From assembly GCA_963718615.1 (NCBI GenBank), contig OY970368.1:4608001-4672000 (forward strand): 64,000 nt of DNA, given 5' to 3'. Below, piece by piece: positions 1 through 9,665 of the stretch. The position numbers and the translations under genes were made by a program. Numbering within the stretch: position 1 is the stretch's first letter; every line of letters begins with the position of its first letter. The stretch is from an uncultured cyanobacterium (GTDB lineage Bacteria; Cyanobacteriota; Cyanobacteriia; PCC-9006; JAAUQQ01). The notes beneath the pieces are model-generated. The model did no database searches. It was not told where the DNA came from and saw only the letters and a list, made by a program, of their open reading frames with translations.

Positions 1-208
1 TAACGCTCTCGCTCAATCCGACCACCGTGACCTGAGCAAGAAACTGCCGAACTCTTGATGCTTCTTCGTCTGTAAGCGATGGATAGGAGAGCATTTCCAT
101 TTCGCTAATGACGGATAGGTAAAACTCACCTGTGGGTAAAGGTTGCAGCAAACATCCACCCAGCAAATACAGTGCGACGTTCGTATCCAAAACGTACCGT
201 TCTGCCAT
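1..208 (-). CDS. PIN-domain (VapC-like) toxin, runs off window edge
   Basis: Manual translation MAERYVLDTNVALYLL...YLSVISEMEMLSY shows the PIN motif VLDTN; its ATG overlaps the upstream antitoxin stop (TAATG). Confidence 0.8.
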   Translation of the reverse strand, partial: MAERYVLDTNVALYLLGGCLLQPLPTGEFYLSVISEMEMLSYPSLTDEEASRVRQFLAQVTVVGLSESV

Positions 209-411
209 TACGCCCACTCATCTCGCATCTGCCGTTGGTACTCCAGAGGATCTTGCTGGAGGCCAATAACGCCGCTGAACTGATTCAGATCGGTGCTGGC
301 AGGAGTGCGGGGTTCTTCGGCTTTGAGGAATTGCGATCGCAGAAAGCCACGCTCCTCTTGAGAGAGAGCCTGAATCATTGACCAGATGGACTGTACAAGC
401 TGAACGTTCAT
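208..411 (-). CDS. Putative antitoxin of PIN toxin
   Basis: Last 67 aa of ORF 208..864 (MNVQLVQSIW...DPLEYQRQMRDEWA); typical antitoxin C-terminus, coupled to the PIN gene. Confidence 0.7.
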   Translation of the reverse strand: MNVQLVQSIWSMIQALSQEERGFLRSQFLKAEEPRTPASTDLNQFSGVIGLQQDPLEYQRQMRDEWA

Positions 412-605
412 TGTTCTTATAGCTTTTTCGCATCCGCCACACCATGTTATCCCATCGCAAAATGTCCGCGATCGCGGCGGCGAGGTTTTGTGCTGGGGCC
501 GGAGGATTGCAGCGTCGCAAGATTCGTTGCGATTAGGGTTGGGCGGGTCTTCGCAAGAGCCAGTGCGGAAGTTGTGTACGATTTTGCATCCGTCTCGATC
601 GTCAA

Positions 606-845
606 TTGACAATTCCAATGAAAGAGGCGATCGCTCTTGGACAGAAGGCGATCGCGGTGTTGCTGGAGCTGCGCAAGTTGGATTTGAGCAAGCGGCCTGG
701 GTTGAGTGAGCTGCTGGATTGGGTAGGGTATTTGGAGGCGGTGCGGATACCGGTGGAGCGGTTGGAAGAGCTGCCGCATTTGGGGGCGTTGTTGAAGCAG
801 GAGGGCGATCGCAAGCGGGCGGTGGAGGCGATGGGGAGGAGTTGA
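606..845 (+). pseudogene. C-terminal fragment of MoxR-like AAA ATPase
   Basis: KRPGLSELLDWVGYL...LPHLGALLKQEGD resembles the lid region of cyanobacterial MoxR ATPases; no Walker A present. Confidence 0.55.
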
Positions 846-922
846 GAATTGATAGAACGGACAAAATTTTGGATGGGTTAAGCTGTAGCTATAGTTCGGG
901 ACAATTTGGTCTCTAGGTCATC

Positions 923-1174
923 ATGCATACTCTTTCTCTGCCGTACCCAGACGATCTACTCATAACCTCTGGTCAGTCCCCCCAGGCCCTGGAAGCTGAG
1001 CTTGCGTTCCTTCTTGCTGTCAAGCTATTTGAATTGCGTCGTTTATCTCTAGGTAAGGCAGCGGCTTTCTGCAAAATGAAGAAGCTTCAGTTTATGTATG
1101 AGCTTGGGCGGCTCCAGGTTCCTGTGATTAACCTAGATGACGACCAGATTGCGGATGAGCTAAGCGATGACTAA
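923..1174 (+). CDS. UPF0175 family antitoxin
   Basis: LAVKLFELRRLSLGKAAAFC motif; overlaps the downstream DUF3368 gene. Confidence 0.8.
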   Translation: MHTLSLPYPDDLLITSGQSPQALEAELAFLLAVKLFELRRLSLGKAAAFCKMKKLQFMYELGRLQVPVINLDDDQIADELSDD

Positions 1175-1661
1175 AGCCGCAATCGTTGCGGACAGCAGCC
1201 CGCTCATTTCCCTAGCGATTCTTGAACAGCTTGACCTGTTGCCCCAACTCTATCAGCGGGTTCTGGTTCCGCCAGCCGTTTGGGATGAAGTGACGGTGCA
1301 GGGAGTAGGCTTGCCGGGGTCTTTGGCTGTTAGCCAGACAACATAGTTTGAGATCCAAGCACCCGAGCCTGCAATTCTTCAGCCTTTGTCGATTTTGGTT
1401 GATCGTGGCGAGGCAGAGGCGATCGCCCTGGCCCAATCCATTCCGGACAGTACAGTGATGCTGGACGATGCCCGAGCAAGACGGGTGGCAGAACGCTTTG
1501 GAATTCGGCGAATTGGAACGTTGGGAATCTTGCGTCGCGCAAAGAAGATGGGCTTGATTGCTAAAATCAAACCTTGCATTGAGCAATTGCAGGAGAATGG
1601 AATTTACATTAGTCCCAAGCTGAGCGAGGCGATTTTGCGTGATGTGGGCGAAATTGAATGA
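1167..1661 (+). pseudogene. DUF3368 PIN-like toxin with in-frame amber stop at 1344-1346
   Basis: MTKAAIVADSSPLISL...SQTT*FEIQ...DRGEAEAIALA...IGTLGIL is one continuous frame broken only by TAG. Confidence 0.8.
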
Positions 1662-2083
1662 ATGACGCCGAAAATATCAACCGGCTACACCTGAAGCTAT
1701 TACCAGACTTTCTCTGGCTGCTGTACCAGCGTCTACGGCGGCGGGGTTTTGTGTTGGGTCCGGAGGATTATTCGGCATTGCAGCAGTCGTTGCGGTTGGG
1801 ATTTGGTTGGTCGTCCCAGGGGGCGTTGCGGGAGTTGTGTGGGTCGCTGTGGGCGAAGTCGGTGCGGGAGCGGGAGGCGTTGTTTGCGCTGTTTGATCAG
1901 CTTGTTCCGCAGGAGGAGGGTTGGGAATTTGAGGGGGACGAGGCAATAGGAGATGAGGTAATAGGAGAGTTAGGGGAGGTTAGGACTGAGAGGATTGATG
2001 AGCCAGCGAAATCTGAGGCAGAGACGTTCGGTGTTTTGCTCAACATTCATGCGTCGTTCAAACACGCTACTACGTTCAGATAA
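1658..2083 (+). pseudogene. N-terminal fragment of vWA-type partner of MoxR system, truncated at island edge (~2020)
   Basis: LYQRLRRRGFVLGPEDY...LRELCGSLWAKS resembles N-termini of MoxR-associated vWA proteins; base composition switches near 2030. Confidence 0.5.
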
Positions 2084-2158
2084 CCAAGATCGTGCGGCTA
2101 TTGTATCAGTGCTTACTTATGTACTCTTGTGGAAGTCGCCCGAGAGTAAACATCGCAC

Positions 2159-3196
2159 ATGAAACGATATGCAAATCTACCACTCAGTTTGCCTCGAGTA
2201 GACTTAGGGCTTATTCCTAAGGGATATCAAGGTACCCAAGCAACACTAGCACATATCAAATCATTAATTCGAAAAGGTGCGAAGGACTTCTATGTTCGCC
2301 AGAAGTCGATTGATATTTTGCTAGAAAAATCAGTCAAAGCCAAAGACTACCTTGGAGAAATTAGAGCAATCTTTGAGTGGGTACAAAAAACAATTCGATA
2401 CACGAAAGATCCCTTTCGTGTAGAGATGCTCCACTCTGCTCGGCGTCTATTAGAATTGCGCGCGGGTGATTGCGATGATATGACAATTCTACTCGGTTCT
2501 ATGCTGGAATCCATCGGGCATCCCGTACGCCTAGTCGTAACTGGCCCTGATCCGCTACGGCCTAAACTCTTTAGCCATATTTATCTGGAAGTCTTTCACC
2601 AAGGGCATTGGATTCCACTCGACGCCACGATGCCACATCCTATGGGGTGGGAGCCCAAAACCTTTATTAAACAAGTTATTCATATCGAGAGGAGCTTACA
2701 CATGTTGAATCAACATCAAGAACTGCATAGGTCTACAGATCTATCGTCGCTACCTGATTGGCTAACAAACTTGATTGTCAACATTCACAAGGGAAGTATT
2801 AAGCCCAAAGATCAACGAATTAAACGTTTGTTGGGCTTGCTACATCAACGACAGTTACAGCATCAGAACCGCTGGCTGATAAGAACCTTAGAGTTTATAC
2901 ATCAGCGAGGACTGTCTCACCACCCTCGCCCTGAGCTAGCCAAACGAGTTGAAAATTTGATGCATCACTGGAAAATACTATCAGCAGCATTGGATTCATC
3001 AACATCGCAACAAAATTCCACCTATCCTACCATCACTATTCCAGTTAAATCGGCATCGAAAGCTTCTATAAAAAAGGACAAAATCTTACAGGCAAGACCT
3101 GTCCGCCCTGTAAAAGTTAGCCCTGTTCCAGGGGTGACGGTAAGGCGTGTTGCAACAATCAATCAACACTCGGTTCCATCTCAAAAGCCATTATGA
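2159..3196 (+). CDS. Transglutaminase-like cysteine protease with basic C-terminal extension
   Basis: Triad motifs GDCDD (Cys), FSHIY (His), WIPLDAT (Asp); IFEWVQKTIRYTKDP motif. Confidence 0.8.
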   Translation: MKRYANLPLSLPRVDLGLIPKGYQGTQATLAHIKSLIRKGAKDFYVRQKSIDILLEKSVKAKDYLGEIRAIFEWVQKTIRYTKDPFRVEMLHSARRLLELRAGDCDDMTILLGSMLESIGHPVRLVVTGPDPLRPKLFSHIYLEVFHQGHWIPLDATMPHPMGWEPKTFIKQVIHIERSLHMLNQHQELHRSTDLSSLPDWLTNLIVNIHKGSIKPKDQRIKRLLGLLHQRQLQHQNRWLIRTLEFIHQRGLSHHPRPELAKRVENLMHHWKILSAALDSSTSQQNSTYPTITIPVKSASKASIKKDKILQARPVRPVKVSPVPGVTVRRVATINQHSVPSQKPL

Positions 3197-3549
3197 GACC
3201 TATTCAGAATTCAGGTAACTACGATCGCCTGCTTCCAGCCCAATCAGCCACTCCCAGTAAACTCAATCAGGAAGCCAAGCAAGGAAAAGAACTCTATCGA
3301 AAGTTTAATCACTTCGAGGCATCTCAAACGTTCACAATCCAACATTCTCGGCTGATACCTCCCGTTGTTGTTAGCCTTGGTGAGCTTGTCGGAATTATCT
3401 ACCGATCTGATAAAGATCAACTCGGAAAACCGCAAGTCTATATCCATTTTATGCAAGATCCGCCTCAGTTAGTCAGTAACGTCGAAGGGAGTCAGCTTTA
3501 TATCGTAGGTGGTAGTTATCACATCACTTGTAGAGGCATTGAGGGCTGA
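3193..3549 (+). CDS. Hypothetical protein of putative capsid-like operon
   Basis: ATGA overlap with the upstream gene; beta-rich, ends QLYIVGGSYHITCRGIEG. Confidence 0.7.
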   Translation: MRPIQNSGNYDRLLPAQSATPSKLNQEAKQGKELYRKFNHFEASQTFTIQHSRLIPPVVVSLGELVGIIYRSDKDQLGKPQVYIHFMQDPPQLVSNVEGSQLYIVGGSYHITCRGIEG

Positions 3550-3586
3550 TCTAATCGTTAACTTATAAACCTTGGAGGGAAATTAT

Positions 3587-3868
3587 ATGACATGGGGTAA
3601 GCCATTAGGACTAGATGAGTTGATGATTATCAATCCAGGGCCATCCAATGGGGATGCCTACTTATTGGGCGAAGATGGAACGCTTTACCAGGTTCAGGGA
3701 TTGGGTGAGATAGGCGAATTACCCCAGGATCAACAGTACTTATTGGGTGAGGATGGCACGCTGTATCAAGTTCAGGGGATTGGTCTTGGAGGACGGCCTT
3801 ATCCCCTGTCTGGAAGGCATAGCTGTCAATGTAGAAATCGATCAGCTAGCACTGAAGGTTCCTACTGA
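3587..3868 (+). CDS. Small protein with two YLLGEDGTLYQVQG(L/I)G repeats
   Basis: GGAGG RBS before ATG 3587; internal repeat shared with 4734..5660. Confidence 0.75.
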   Translation: MTWGKPLGLDELMIINPGPSNGDAYLLGEDGTLYQVQGLGEIGELPQDQQYLLGEDGTLYQVQGIGLGGRPYPLSGRHSCQCRNRSASTEGSY

Positions 3869-3944
3869 AAGCTAGCGTTAAGCAGACTGATGATCAATGC
3901 TCACTGACCAACTATAAAGACATTATTGAACAAGGAGTTCGATC

Positions 3945-4694
3945 GTGGGAAAAGTACAAGGTGTTAAGGAAAAGCTTCACTATCCGATTTACGACGCTTT
4001 TTTTGTAAAGGGTCGCCCCTCACCTGATCAGCTTAAAACTGATACCAATAAACCTCAAACCTTCATGGAGGTGATGACTGATCCGAGAATGATCCGTTTC
4101 TTTGTGGATGTTCAGAACAAAACTCGACTGGAAACAAACTTGCAGGCATCGGGTGTTTTGCCTAGTCTCAATACATTTGAGGCTAGGGCTTTACGAGTTG
4201 TCGTTAGTCCACCCTGTTTAGCAGCTCCGCCTACATCAATCGAAAAAGTTCTAGCTATCACTGAATCGTATTGTAAAAACAGTTCTCCAACAGCAGGGAA
4301 GCTTGAAAATGACTCGACAAAAAGAGAACTGTTCGAGAAGCTAAAAAGCGAATATAGTCAATGCAATGGAGACGCTAATCTTGTTCTTTCTGAGTTGATT
4401 TACAACTCCGTGACAACCTTGCTGGTGGGCGAGAAAACTATGATTGAAATGCCGACATACTTCTTTCCGGGTGGTGCCGGTGTTTATCCAGGAAATGGCA
4501 GTATTTCTAATCATGGTGAACCAGATCCTATGGCAACGTTTCGATTCGCTGAACCTGTCATTATCGAGCCTCAGCAAAATTTTCGAGTCGAAATGCTATT
4601 CCCTCAGGGTGTTCCAAAAATTCTGTCTCAAGTCGAAGGTGTATTTAGAATTTGGGTTGTGCTAGATGGTTACTTAACAAGAGATGTACAGTAG
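3945..4694 (+). CDS. Putative single jelly-roll major capsid-like protein
   Basis: AGGAG RBS; beta-strand pattern PIYD...KTRLETNL.SG.LP...F...EPVIIEPQQNFRVEM...IWVVLDGYL; fold is inferred, not computed. Confidence 0.5.
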   Translation: MGKVQGVKEKLHYPIYDAFFVKGRPSPDQLKTDTNKPQTFMEVMTDPRMIRFFVDVQNKTRLETNLQASGVLPSLNTFEARALRVVVSPPCLAAPPTSIEKVLAITESYCKNSSPTAGKLENDSTKRELFEKLKSEYSQCNGDANLVLSELIYNSVTTLLVGEKTMIEMPTYFFPGGAGVYPGNGSISNHGEPDPMATFRFAEPVIIEPQQNFRVEMLFPQGVPKILSQVEGVFRIWVVLDGYLTRDVQ

Positions 4695-4733
4695 GGCTCT
4701 CAATTAGGTCGAAATTATTTAGGAGAGAATACA

Positions 4734-5660
4734 ATGAATCACATGATGGGTACAGGCTATCTCGGCGAAACGAAAATGGGGCCTGATGGCAATCTGTACG
4801 AATGGGTGGAGGGCATTGATGGACTGGGAAATTCGATTGGTTTCTGGAGTAAGTTCAAAAAAATTGGCAAAAGAGCCCTAAGAACGGCTGCTCGCTATCA
4901 TCCTGCTGTTCAAGCATTGAAGCTCGTAAGACGTGGTATTTCTGGCACCGATGGACTAGGGGCTTTGTACCAATCTCCTGATGGTAGCCTCTACCAAATG
5001 CAGGGGCTCGGTGTCGATGAAGAGGGTATGGGTGAAGTCGGTCTGGAAGCAGATGACTTAACTCAAATGATGGGTTTTGGCAGCTATGTGGGTGAAACGC
5101 GCGTAGGGCCTGATGGCAATACTTATCAATGGGTTCAGGGCGTGGATGGTTTAGGCAATCCGATTGGCTTTTGGAAACGCTTTAAACGGTTTGCGCGTAA
5201 GGCAAGACGCTTTGTCCGTAAGGCGTTGCCAGTTGTGCAACAGTTTGCCCCCCTTATTCCTGGCGGAGCGGTGGTGTCATCAGCACTGAGAACTGCTACG
5301 CCGTTTCTTAGACGGGCAGGAGTGGCGGGCGATGGCTTGGGTGCCCTATACGAGGCTCCAGACGGAACCTTGTACCAAATGCAGGGACCAGCAGATGAGG
5401 AAGCCATGCAAGGATTTGCCGAAGATGAGGACATGGCGGGTTTTGCTGATGAAGAGTTACAGGGGTTTGCCGAGGATGAAGAGATGGCGGGCTTTGCCGA
5501 AGATGAAATGGGCGAGTTTGCAGATGATGAGGTCTTGCAGGGCTATGTTCGGCAGGATGGCATGGATGGATTAGCAGCCTATGTACCACAACAGCCACAG
5601 AGCACACCTTGGTATCAACAACCCAGTCAAACTCCCAAAATTTGGGAAGCCCCCTGGTAG
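4734..5660 (+). CDS. Repeat protein with GLG motifs, two cationic amphipathic helices and acidic GFA(E/D) repeats (putative internal/scaffold protein)
   Basis: Duplicated module Y(L/V)GET..GPDGN.Y.WV.G.DGLGN.IGFW + basic helix + DGLGALY..PDG.LYQMQG; acidic tail repeats. Confidence 0.75.
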   Translation: MNHMMGTGYLGETKMGPDGNLYEWVEGIDGLGNSIGFWSKFKKIGKRALRTAARYHPAVQALKLVRRGISGTDGLGALYQSPDGSLYQMQGLGVDEEGMGEVGLEADDLTQMMGFGSYVGETRVGPDGNTYQWVQGVDGLGNPIGFWKRFKRFARKARRFVRKALPVVQQFAPLIPGGAVVSSALRTATPFLRRAGVAGDGLGALYEAPDGTLYQMQGPADEEAMQGFAEDEDMAGFADEELQGFAEDEEMAGFAEDEMGEFADDEVLQGYVRQDGMDGLAAYVPQQPQSTPWYQQPSQTPKIWEAPW

Positions 5661-5734
5661 AAGAACGATAGAAGAGTTTGTGAGCGACTTATTTCTATCC
5701 AGAAAGCACTGAGAAATGTAACGAGGTCAGTTCC

Positions 5735-6484
5735 ATGCAATTTCAGCCAGCTCCAACCCAGATGAGGCGGGCATCCCCTTCTATGACAGGGGGAATAGCA
5801 ATGCCTGTTGATGGCCCAACAACGAAGGAAATTCCCTATGATTATGTAGCAAAGTTTGCGCTTCAAGGGAAGGCTGCCAATCGAATTCAGGATGTTATCA
5901 ACATTAGTGTTGAGGGCTCTTTTGTAGCGACGGCGATCGCCTACAGTTTCATTCCTGCATCGCTACCGATCAGAAATCGTATACTGGAGCCAACTCCCTC
6001 ACCAGAGCCAACTCCCTCACCAGAGCCTATTGTAAGAGAAGTTCCTCCTGAGAGGAGGAGGGATTCAAATCCTCTGCTCGCGTTACTCGAACCTTTCGTA
6101 ACATCCTCCCTGATTCCGCAGAATACTCCGACGGAAAGCCAGAGGAAGCAACTCGAACTTCGGCAGAATCAGCAGCTTGAATTGCTGCAAATGGTTGCTG
6201 AATGTTCGCTGATTAAATTATGCGGCATTCACTTTAAATACAGCATTGTAGATAGTGGCAGCGGTCGAGAGTTGCAAAATCAACCGATTCACAATATTGC
6301 AGGATTAGGAGAGTCGGGGGGCGACAGGCCCTTCCGCCCCTTGGCTAAGCCGATGATGTTTATGCCGCGCTCAACTATCCGCATTGAAGTTGAGGAGATT
6401 TCCGAAGGGCCACTCTATGCTGGGGCGGAACTCTATGTCGTCTTGCATGGTTATAAGATGCTGGGTTATGGCACGGGGGTGTGA
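5735..6484 (+). CDS. Second putative jelly-roll capsid-like protein
   Basis: Beta-rich: INISVEGSFVATAI...IVDSGSGRELQNQP...PLAKPMMFMPRSTIRIEV...LYVVLHGYK; C-terminal strand parallels WVVLDGYL of 3945..4694. Confidence 0.5.
   Translation: MQFQPAPTQMRRASPSMTGGIAMPVDGPTTKEIPYDYVAKFALQGKAANRIQDVINISVEGSFVATAIAYSFIPASLPIRNRILEPTPSPEPTPSPEPIVREVPPERRRDSNPLLALLEPFVTSSLIPQNTPTESQRKQLELRQNQQLELLQMVAECSLIKLCGIHFKYSIVDSGSGRELQNQPIHNIAGLGESGGDRPFRPLAKPMMFMPRSTIRIEVEEISEGPLYAGAELYVVLHGYKMLGYGTGV
5986..6028 (+). repeat. 18-bp tandem repeat encoding EPTPSP x2 inside CDS
   Basis: gagccaactccctcacca repeated twice. Confidence 0.8.
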
Positions 6485-6942
6485 TGAGTCTTTGTCAGGT
6501 TTGTGGTGTTCCTCTAGATGCGGACTATTTCGATAGTGCGAGTATCAAGCCTGCTCCTCAAAATGTGGGTGAAGAGGTGGAGTTGGCTCAATATCATCTA
6601 CATCCTCAATATTGTGGGGCTTTGCTCTGCTTTGCTCAGTATGTCAAACCTGAGGATGAGGCTTTGGCAAATAGCAATATTTTGGAAACGCCTGGGTATG
6701 AATGGGCTGTGCTTTGCAATAACCAAGCCCGTGATCCCTATCTGCCAACGAATCTCATCTTAAATCCTTGGGGACAAAACAATTTGCCTGTTCACTTGCG
6801 ATTGGAGGAGGGCTGTGTGGTGAGGTTGGTGGTACGTAGGGTGTCAGCTTCACCGGAACCGATGCTGCAAAAGGTGGGGGGGCGGTTGCAAGGTCGCTAT
6901 TGGTACAACACCAATTATGGTGGTTTGCCGAATCGCTTATAG
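6484..6942 (+). CDS. Small beta-rich protein, putative minor capsid/penton-like, N-terminal CxxC
   Basis: TGATG coupling; PVHLRLEEGCVVRLVV...VGGRLQGRYWY. Confidence 0.5.
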   Translation: MSLCQVCGVPLDADYFDSASIKPAPQNVGEEVELAQYHLHPQYCGALLCFAQYVKPEDEALANSNILETPGYEWAVLCNNQARDPYLPTNLILNPWGQNNLPVHLRLEEGCVVRLVVRRVSASPEPMLQKVGGRLQGRYWYNTNYGGLPNRL

Positions 6943-6969
6943 ACACTGAATCACAAGAGAGAAAGAGAG

Positions 6970-8544
6970 ATGTATATCTATACTGACAAGCCTTTATCGG
7001 GAATTGAGGAGCCGTCAGTAGGGCTAGCGGGAGATCTCACAGAAAATTTCAACTTAAGTGAGTTTGCCTCTCGGGGAACGCCTGTACCTGCACAGTATCT
7101 CAGTAATGTGAATCGCTTGGCTAAAAATCTACAAGCTCTCAGAAATTATTTGGGAAAGTCAATTCATATTAATTCTGGATATCGTACACTAGCTCACAAC
7201 AGTAGTGTGAATGGGGCGACAACGAGTCAGCATTTACTAGCCAAGGCAGCTGATATTACCGTCAAAGGCATGATTCCAAGTGAGGTATATTGTGCCATTG
7301 AAACATTAATTGCCAATGGCCAAATGCAGCAAGGTGGATTAGGGCTTTATGCCACGTTCGTACATTACGACGTGCGAGATGCCAGAGCTCGTTGGAAAGG
7401 TAAAGGGTCTCTGGTGCCGAGTTGTGGACTCACACCTACAAAAACAATAAATACATTAGATCTGGAAAAAGCCGTTATAAAAAACAGCGAGTGGAGCCAA
7501 AAGCTGGGTTGGTCAGCCTATCTCGGCGCAATTATGGCCTTGGTAGGATATGTGCCATTGCCTTTTCCTAGTCTGAAAAACTTTGCAGAGGCGATCGCCC
7601 GTTGGCAAAGTCATCAAGGATTACTGCCCGCAGATGGCATAATTGGACCTAAAACTTGGGAGAGAATAAAAAAGAATACTCAAATACAACAACCTTTACC
7701 AATCAATCAAAAGCCAGCTAGATTAAGTATAGATCCTGAGACCCTTGAAAAGATTGGTCAATACGCCTCAATTATTGAACGAATTGCTCGCGATAAAGAC
7801 GTTGATCCAAGCATCATAAAAGGCATTATTGCAGCAGAATCAGGAGGTGACCGCTATAAAGAAGCGCCTAGTGGATATAAAGGCTTAATGCAAGCAAAAA
7901 AAACAACAGATCAATTTGAACCTGAAATTAGTATTCACGATGGAGTTGAAAAATTCAAGAAATTTAGAGAAAACTGGCTAGGCCCTCGACTTAAAAAGCT
8001 TGGGATTGATTTGAACGTTCTGGACAAGAAAACCATGGTTGCTTGGGTCACTACAGCTTACAATGCTGGTCATGTGACTGTTCTAAAAGCCGTGGAATAT
8101 GCTACGGCTTCAGGCGATCCTAAAAATTGGATGGCTCCAGAACATTATCAGCGAGCATTAATTTTTTCTGGAGGATACAGTATAAGCACTGCTAAGAAAT
8201 CTTTCTTTAAAAAATTGAGTGAAATTGAGTTAGTGGAAGAGGTAGCAAGGATAAAGCATACGAACATAAACGATCTTCAGAAAGGATATTCTTTTTCAAA
8301 CAAATGGGACATTGAGAAACTCAAGCAAGTCCTCATTAAAGAGGCCGCTAAGGAACAGAAACATTGGAAATTTAGCGGGAAAAAATGTCAATGGTGGCAA
8401 TGCCCTGATCCACCTTTGCTACAAGATATTCGCAGGCATTCATCTCGTTTATTGCTATATGCGGTTGAATTTAAGCGCGAAAATACTCCCAAGTACACTG
8501 GCAAAATCATCAAATATATGAATTATTACGATAAAGCAGATTGA
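6970..8544 (+). CDS. Multidomain peptidoglycan hydrolase: peptidase M15A + PG-binding + lytic transglycosylase (SLT-like)
   Basis: INSGYR..HN....SQHLLAKAADI...FVHYDVR (M15A); WQ..QGL.ADGIIGPKTW (PG-binding); IIAAESGG..GLMQ..AYNAG (SLT). Confidence 0.85.
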   Translation: MYIYTDKPLSGIEEPSVGLAGDLTENFNLSEFASRGTPVPAQYLSNVNRLAKNLQALRNYLGKSIHINSGYRTLAHNSSVNGATTSQHLLAKAADITVKGMIPSEVYCAIETLIANGQMQQGGLGLYATFVHYDVRDARARWKGKGSLVPSCGLTPTKTINTLDLEKAVIKNSEWSQKLGWSAYLGAIMALVGYVPLPFPSLKNFAEAIARWQSHQGLLPADGIIGPKTWERIKKNTQIQQPLPINQKPARLSIDPETLEKIGQYASIIERIARDKDVDPSIIKGIIAAESGGDRYKEAPSGYKGLMQAKKTTDQFEPEISIHDGVEKFKKFRENWLGPRLKKLGIDLNVLDKKTMVAWVTTAYNAGHVTVLKAVEYATASGDPKNWMAPEHYQRALIFSGGYSISTAKKSFFKKLSEIELVEEVARIKHTNINDLQKGYSFSNKWDIEKLKQVLIKEAAKEQKHWKFSGKKCQWWQCPDPPLLQDIRRHSSRLLLYAVEFKRENTPKYTGKIIKYMNYYDKAD

Positions 8545-8723
8545 AGAAGGAAAATACGTACTAGAACAGACACAAAGTAGTAAGCAGGCTAAATATCATC
8601 AGGAACTCGAAAAAACAGCATCTTGATGTCAAAATTAGTGCTCTGAGAACCGAGCGTCGTCGAAGTCTATGCTTGCAGGCATGCTATTAAATTGAAAATT
8701 AGTAAGAGGTTGTAAACCTTGGC

Positions 8724-9653
8724 ATGTACATACTATTGGGACACAAATCAGCGGGAAATCAGTTAGCAGGACTTGGGCAAACGAAAGTAGTAGAAACTCA
8801 TTCACAAAGCTCAACCTCAGCTTTGACTTTAGCTGTCCCTAAAATGGTTAAAGTTGCCGAAACCTCTCCTTCGTTCAGTACTCTATACGTTGGGATTGAT
8901 CTGAATCCCGTTTGGGAAAACCGGAAAATTGATGGCAAATGGAAGCAGACTCGTGCCTATGCCTCACCCATGACGGGCATCTTCATTCCTAAAACCTATA
9001 TCCCTCGATCAACCGTCAACTTGATCTTGTATCTACATGGGTTTAAAGCGCCTTGTGGACTCGATGAAAAAGCGACGATTAACCAATACTGGAGCCAGGG
9101 TTACTTTAAATGGCTAAGAGAAGCCGTTAATGATAGTGGCCAAAATGTGATTCTTGTTGCACCAACATTGGGGCCTAGATCAGGTGCAGGCAAATTGATT
9201 CAATCGGGAGGATTCAATGCGTTTATCGATCAAGTTTTAGCGGCTCTCAACGCCTACAACCCGCTCAACAAAATTCCTTTTATTAATCGATTTACTCGCA
9301 ACCAATCGATAGGCAATATCATATTAGCTTGTCATTCTGGCGGTGGGAAACCAATGCGGGCGATCGCATCTCTAAATCCTAGTACCGACAGCTATGCCGC
9401 CCAGATCAAAGAATGCTGGGGCTTTGACTGCTTGTATAGCGGAGATGACGCCAACGCATGGCGCACATGGGCAAGCGCCCATCCCCAATCCAAACTTTTT
9501 GTCTATTACAAAAATTCTACCCATCGACAATCGGAACAGCTTCGAGACCAACGCCCTCACCTTAGTAACGTCTTTGTTCAAAAGTCCAACGCAAAGAATC
9601 ACTGCTCTGTTCCCAGTCACCATTGGAAAGAACGTCTTGTAAACATATCGTAG
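8724..9653 (+). CDS. Alpha/beta-hydrolase fold protein
   Basis: LILYLHG, nucleophile elbow ACHSGGG, GFDCLY, late His in NHCSVP. Confidence 0.7.
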   Translation: MYILLGHKSAGNQLAGLGQTKVVETHSQSSTSALTLAVPKMVKVAETSPSFSTLYVGIDLNPVWENRKIDGKWKQTRAYASPMTGIFIPKTYIPRSTVNLILYLHGFKAPCGLDEKATINQYWSQGYFKWLREAVNDSGQNVILVAPTLGPRSGAGKLIQSGGFNAFIDQVLAALNAYNPLNKIPFINRFTRNQSIGNIILACHSGGGKPMRAIASLNPSTDSYAAQIKECWGFDCLYSGDDANAWRTWASAHPQSKLFVYYKNSTHRQSEQLRDQRPHLSNVFVQKSNAKNHCSVPSHHWKERLVNIS

Positions 9654-9665
9654 GAGAGCATAAAT

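Noticed and set aside
208-864. 218-aa minus-strand ORF as one protein
   Set aside because: The Pro-rich N-terminal part is the antisense shadow of the MoxR fragment; only the last 67 aa look real
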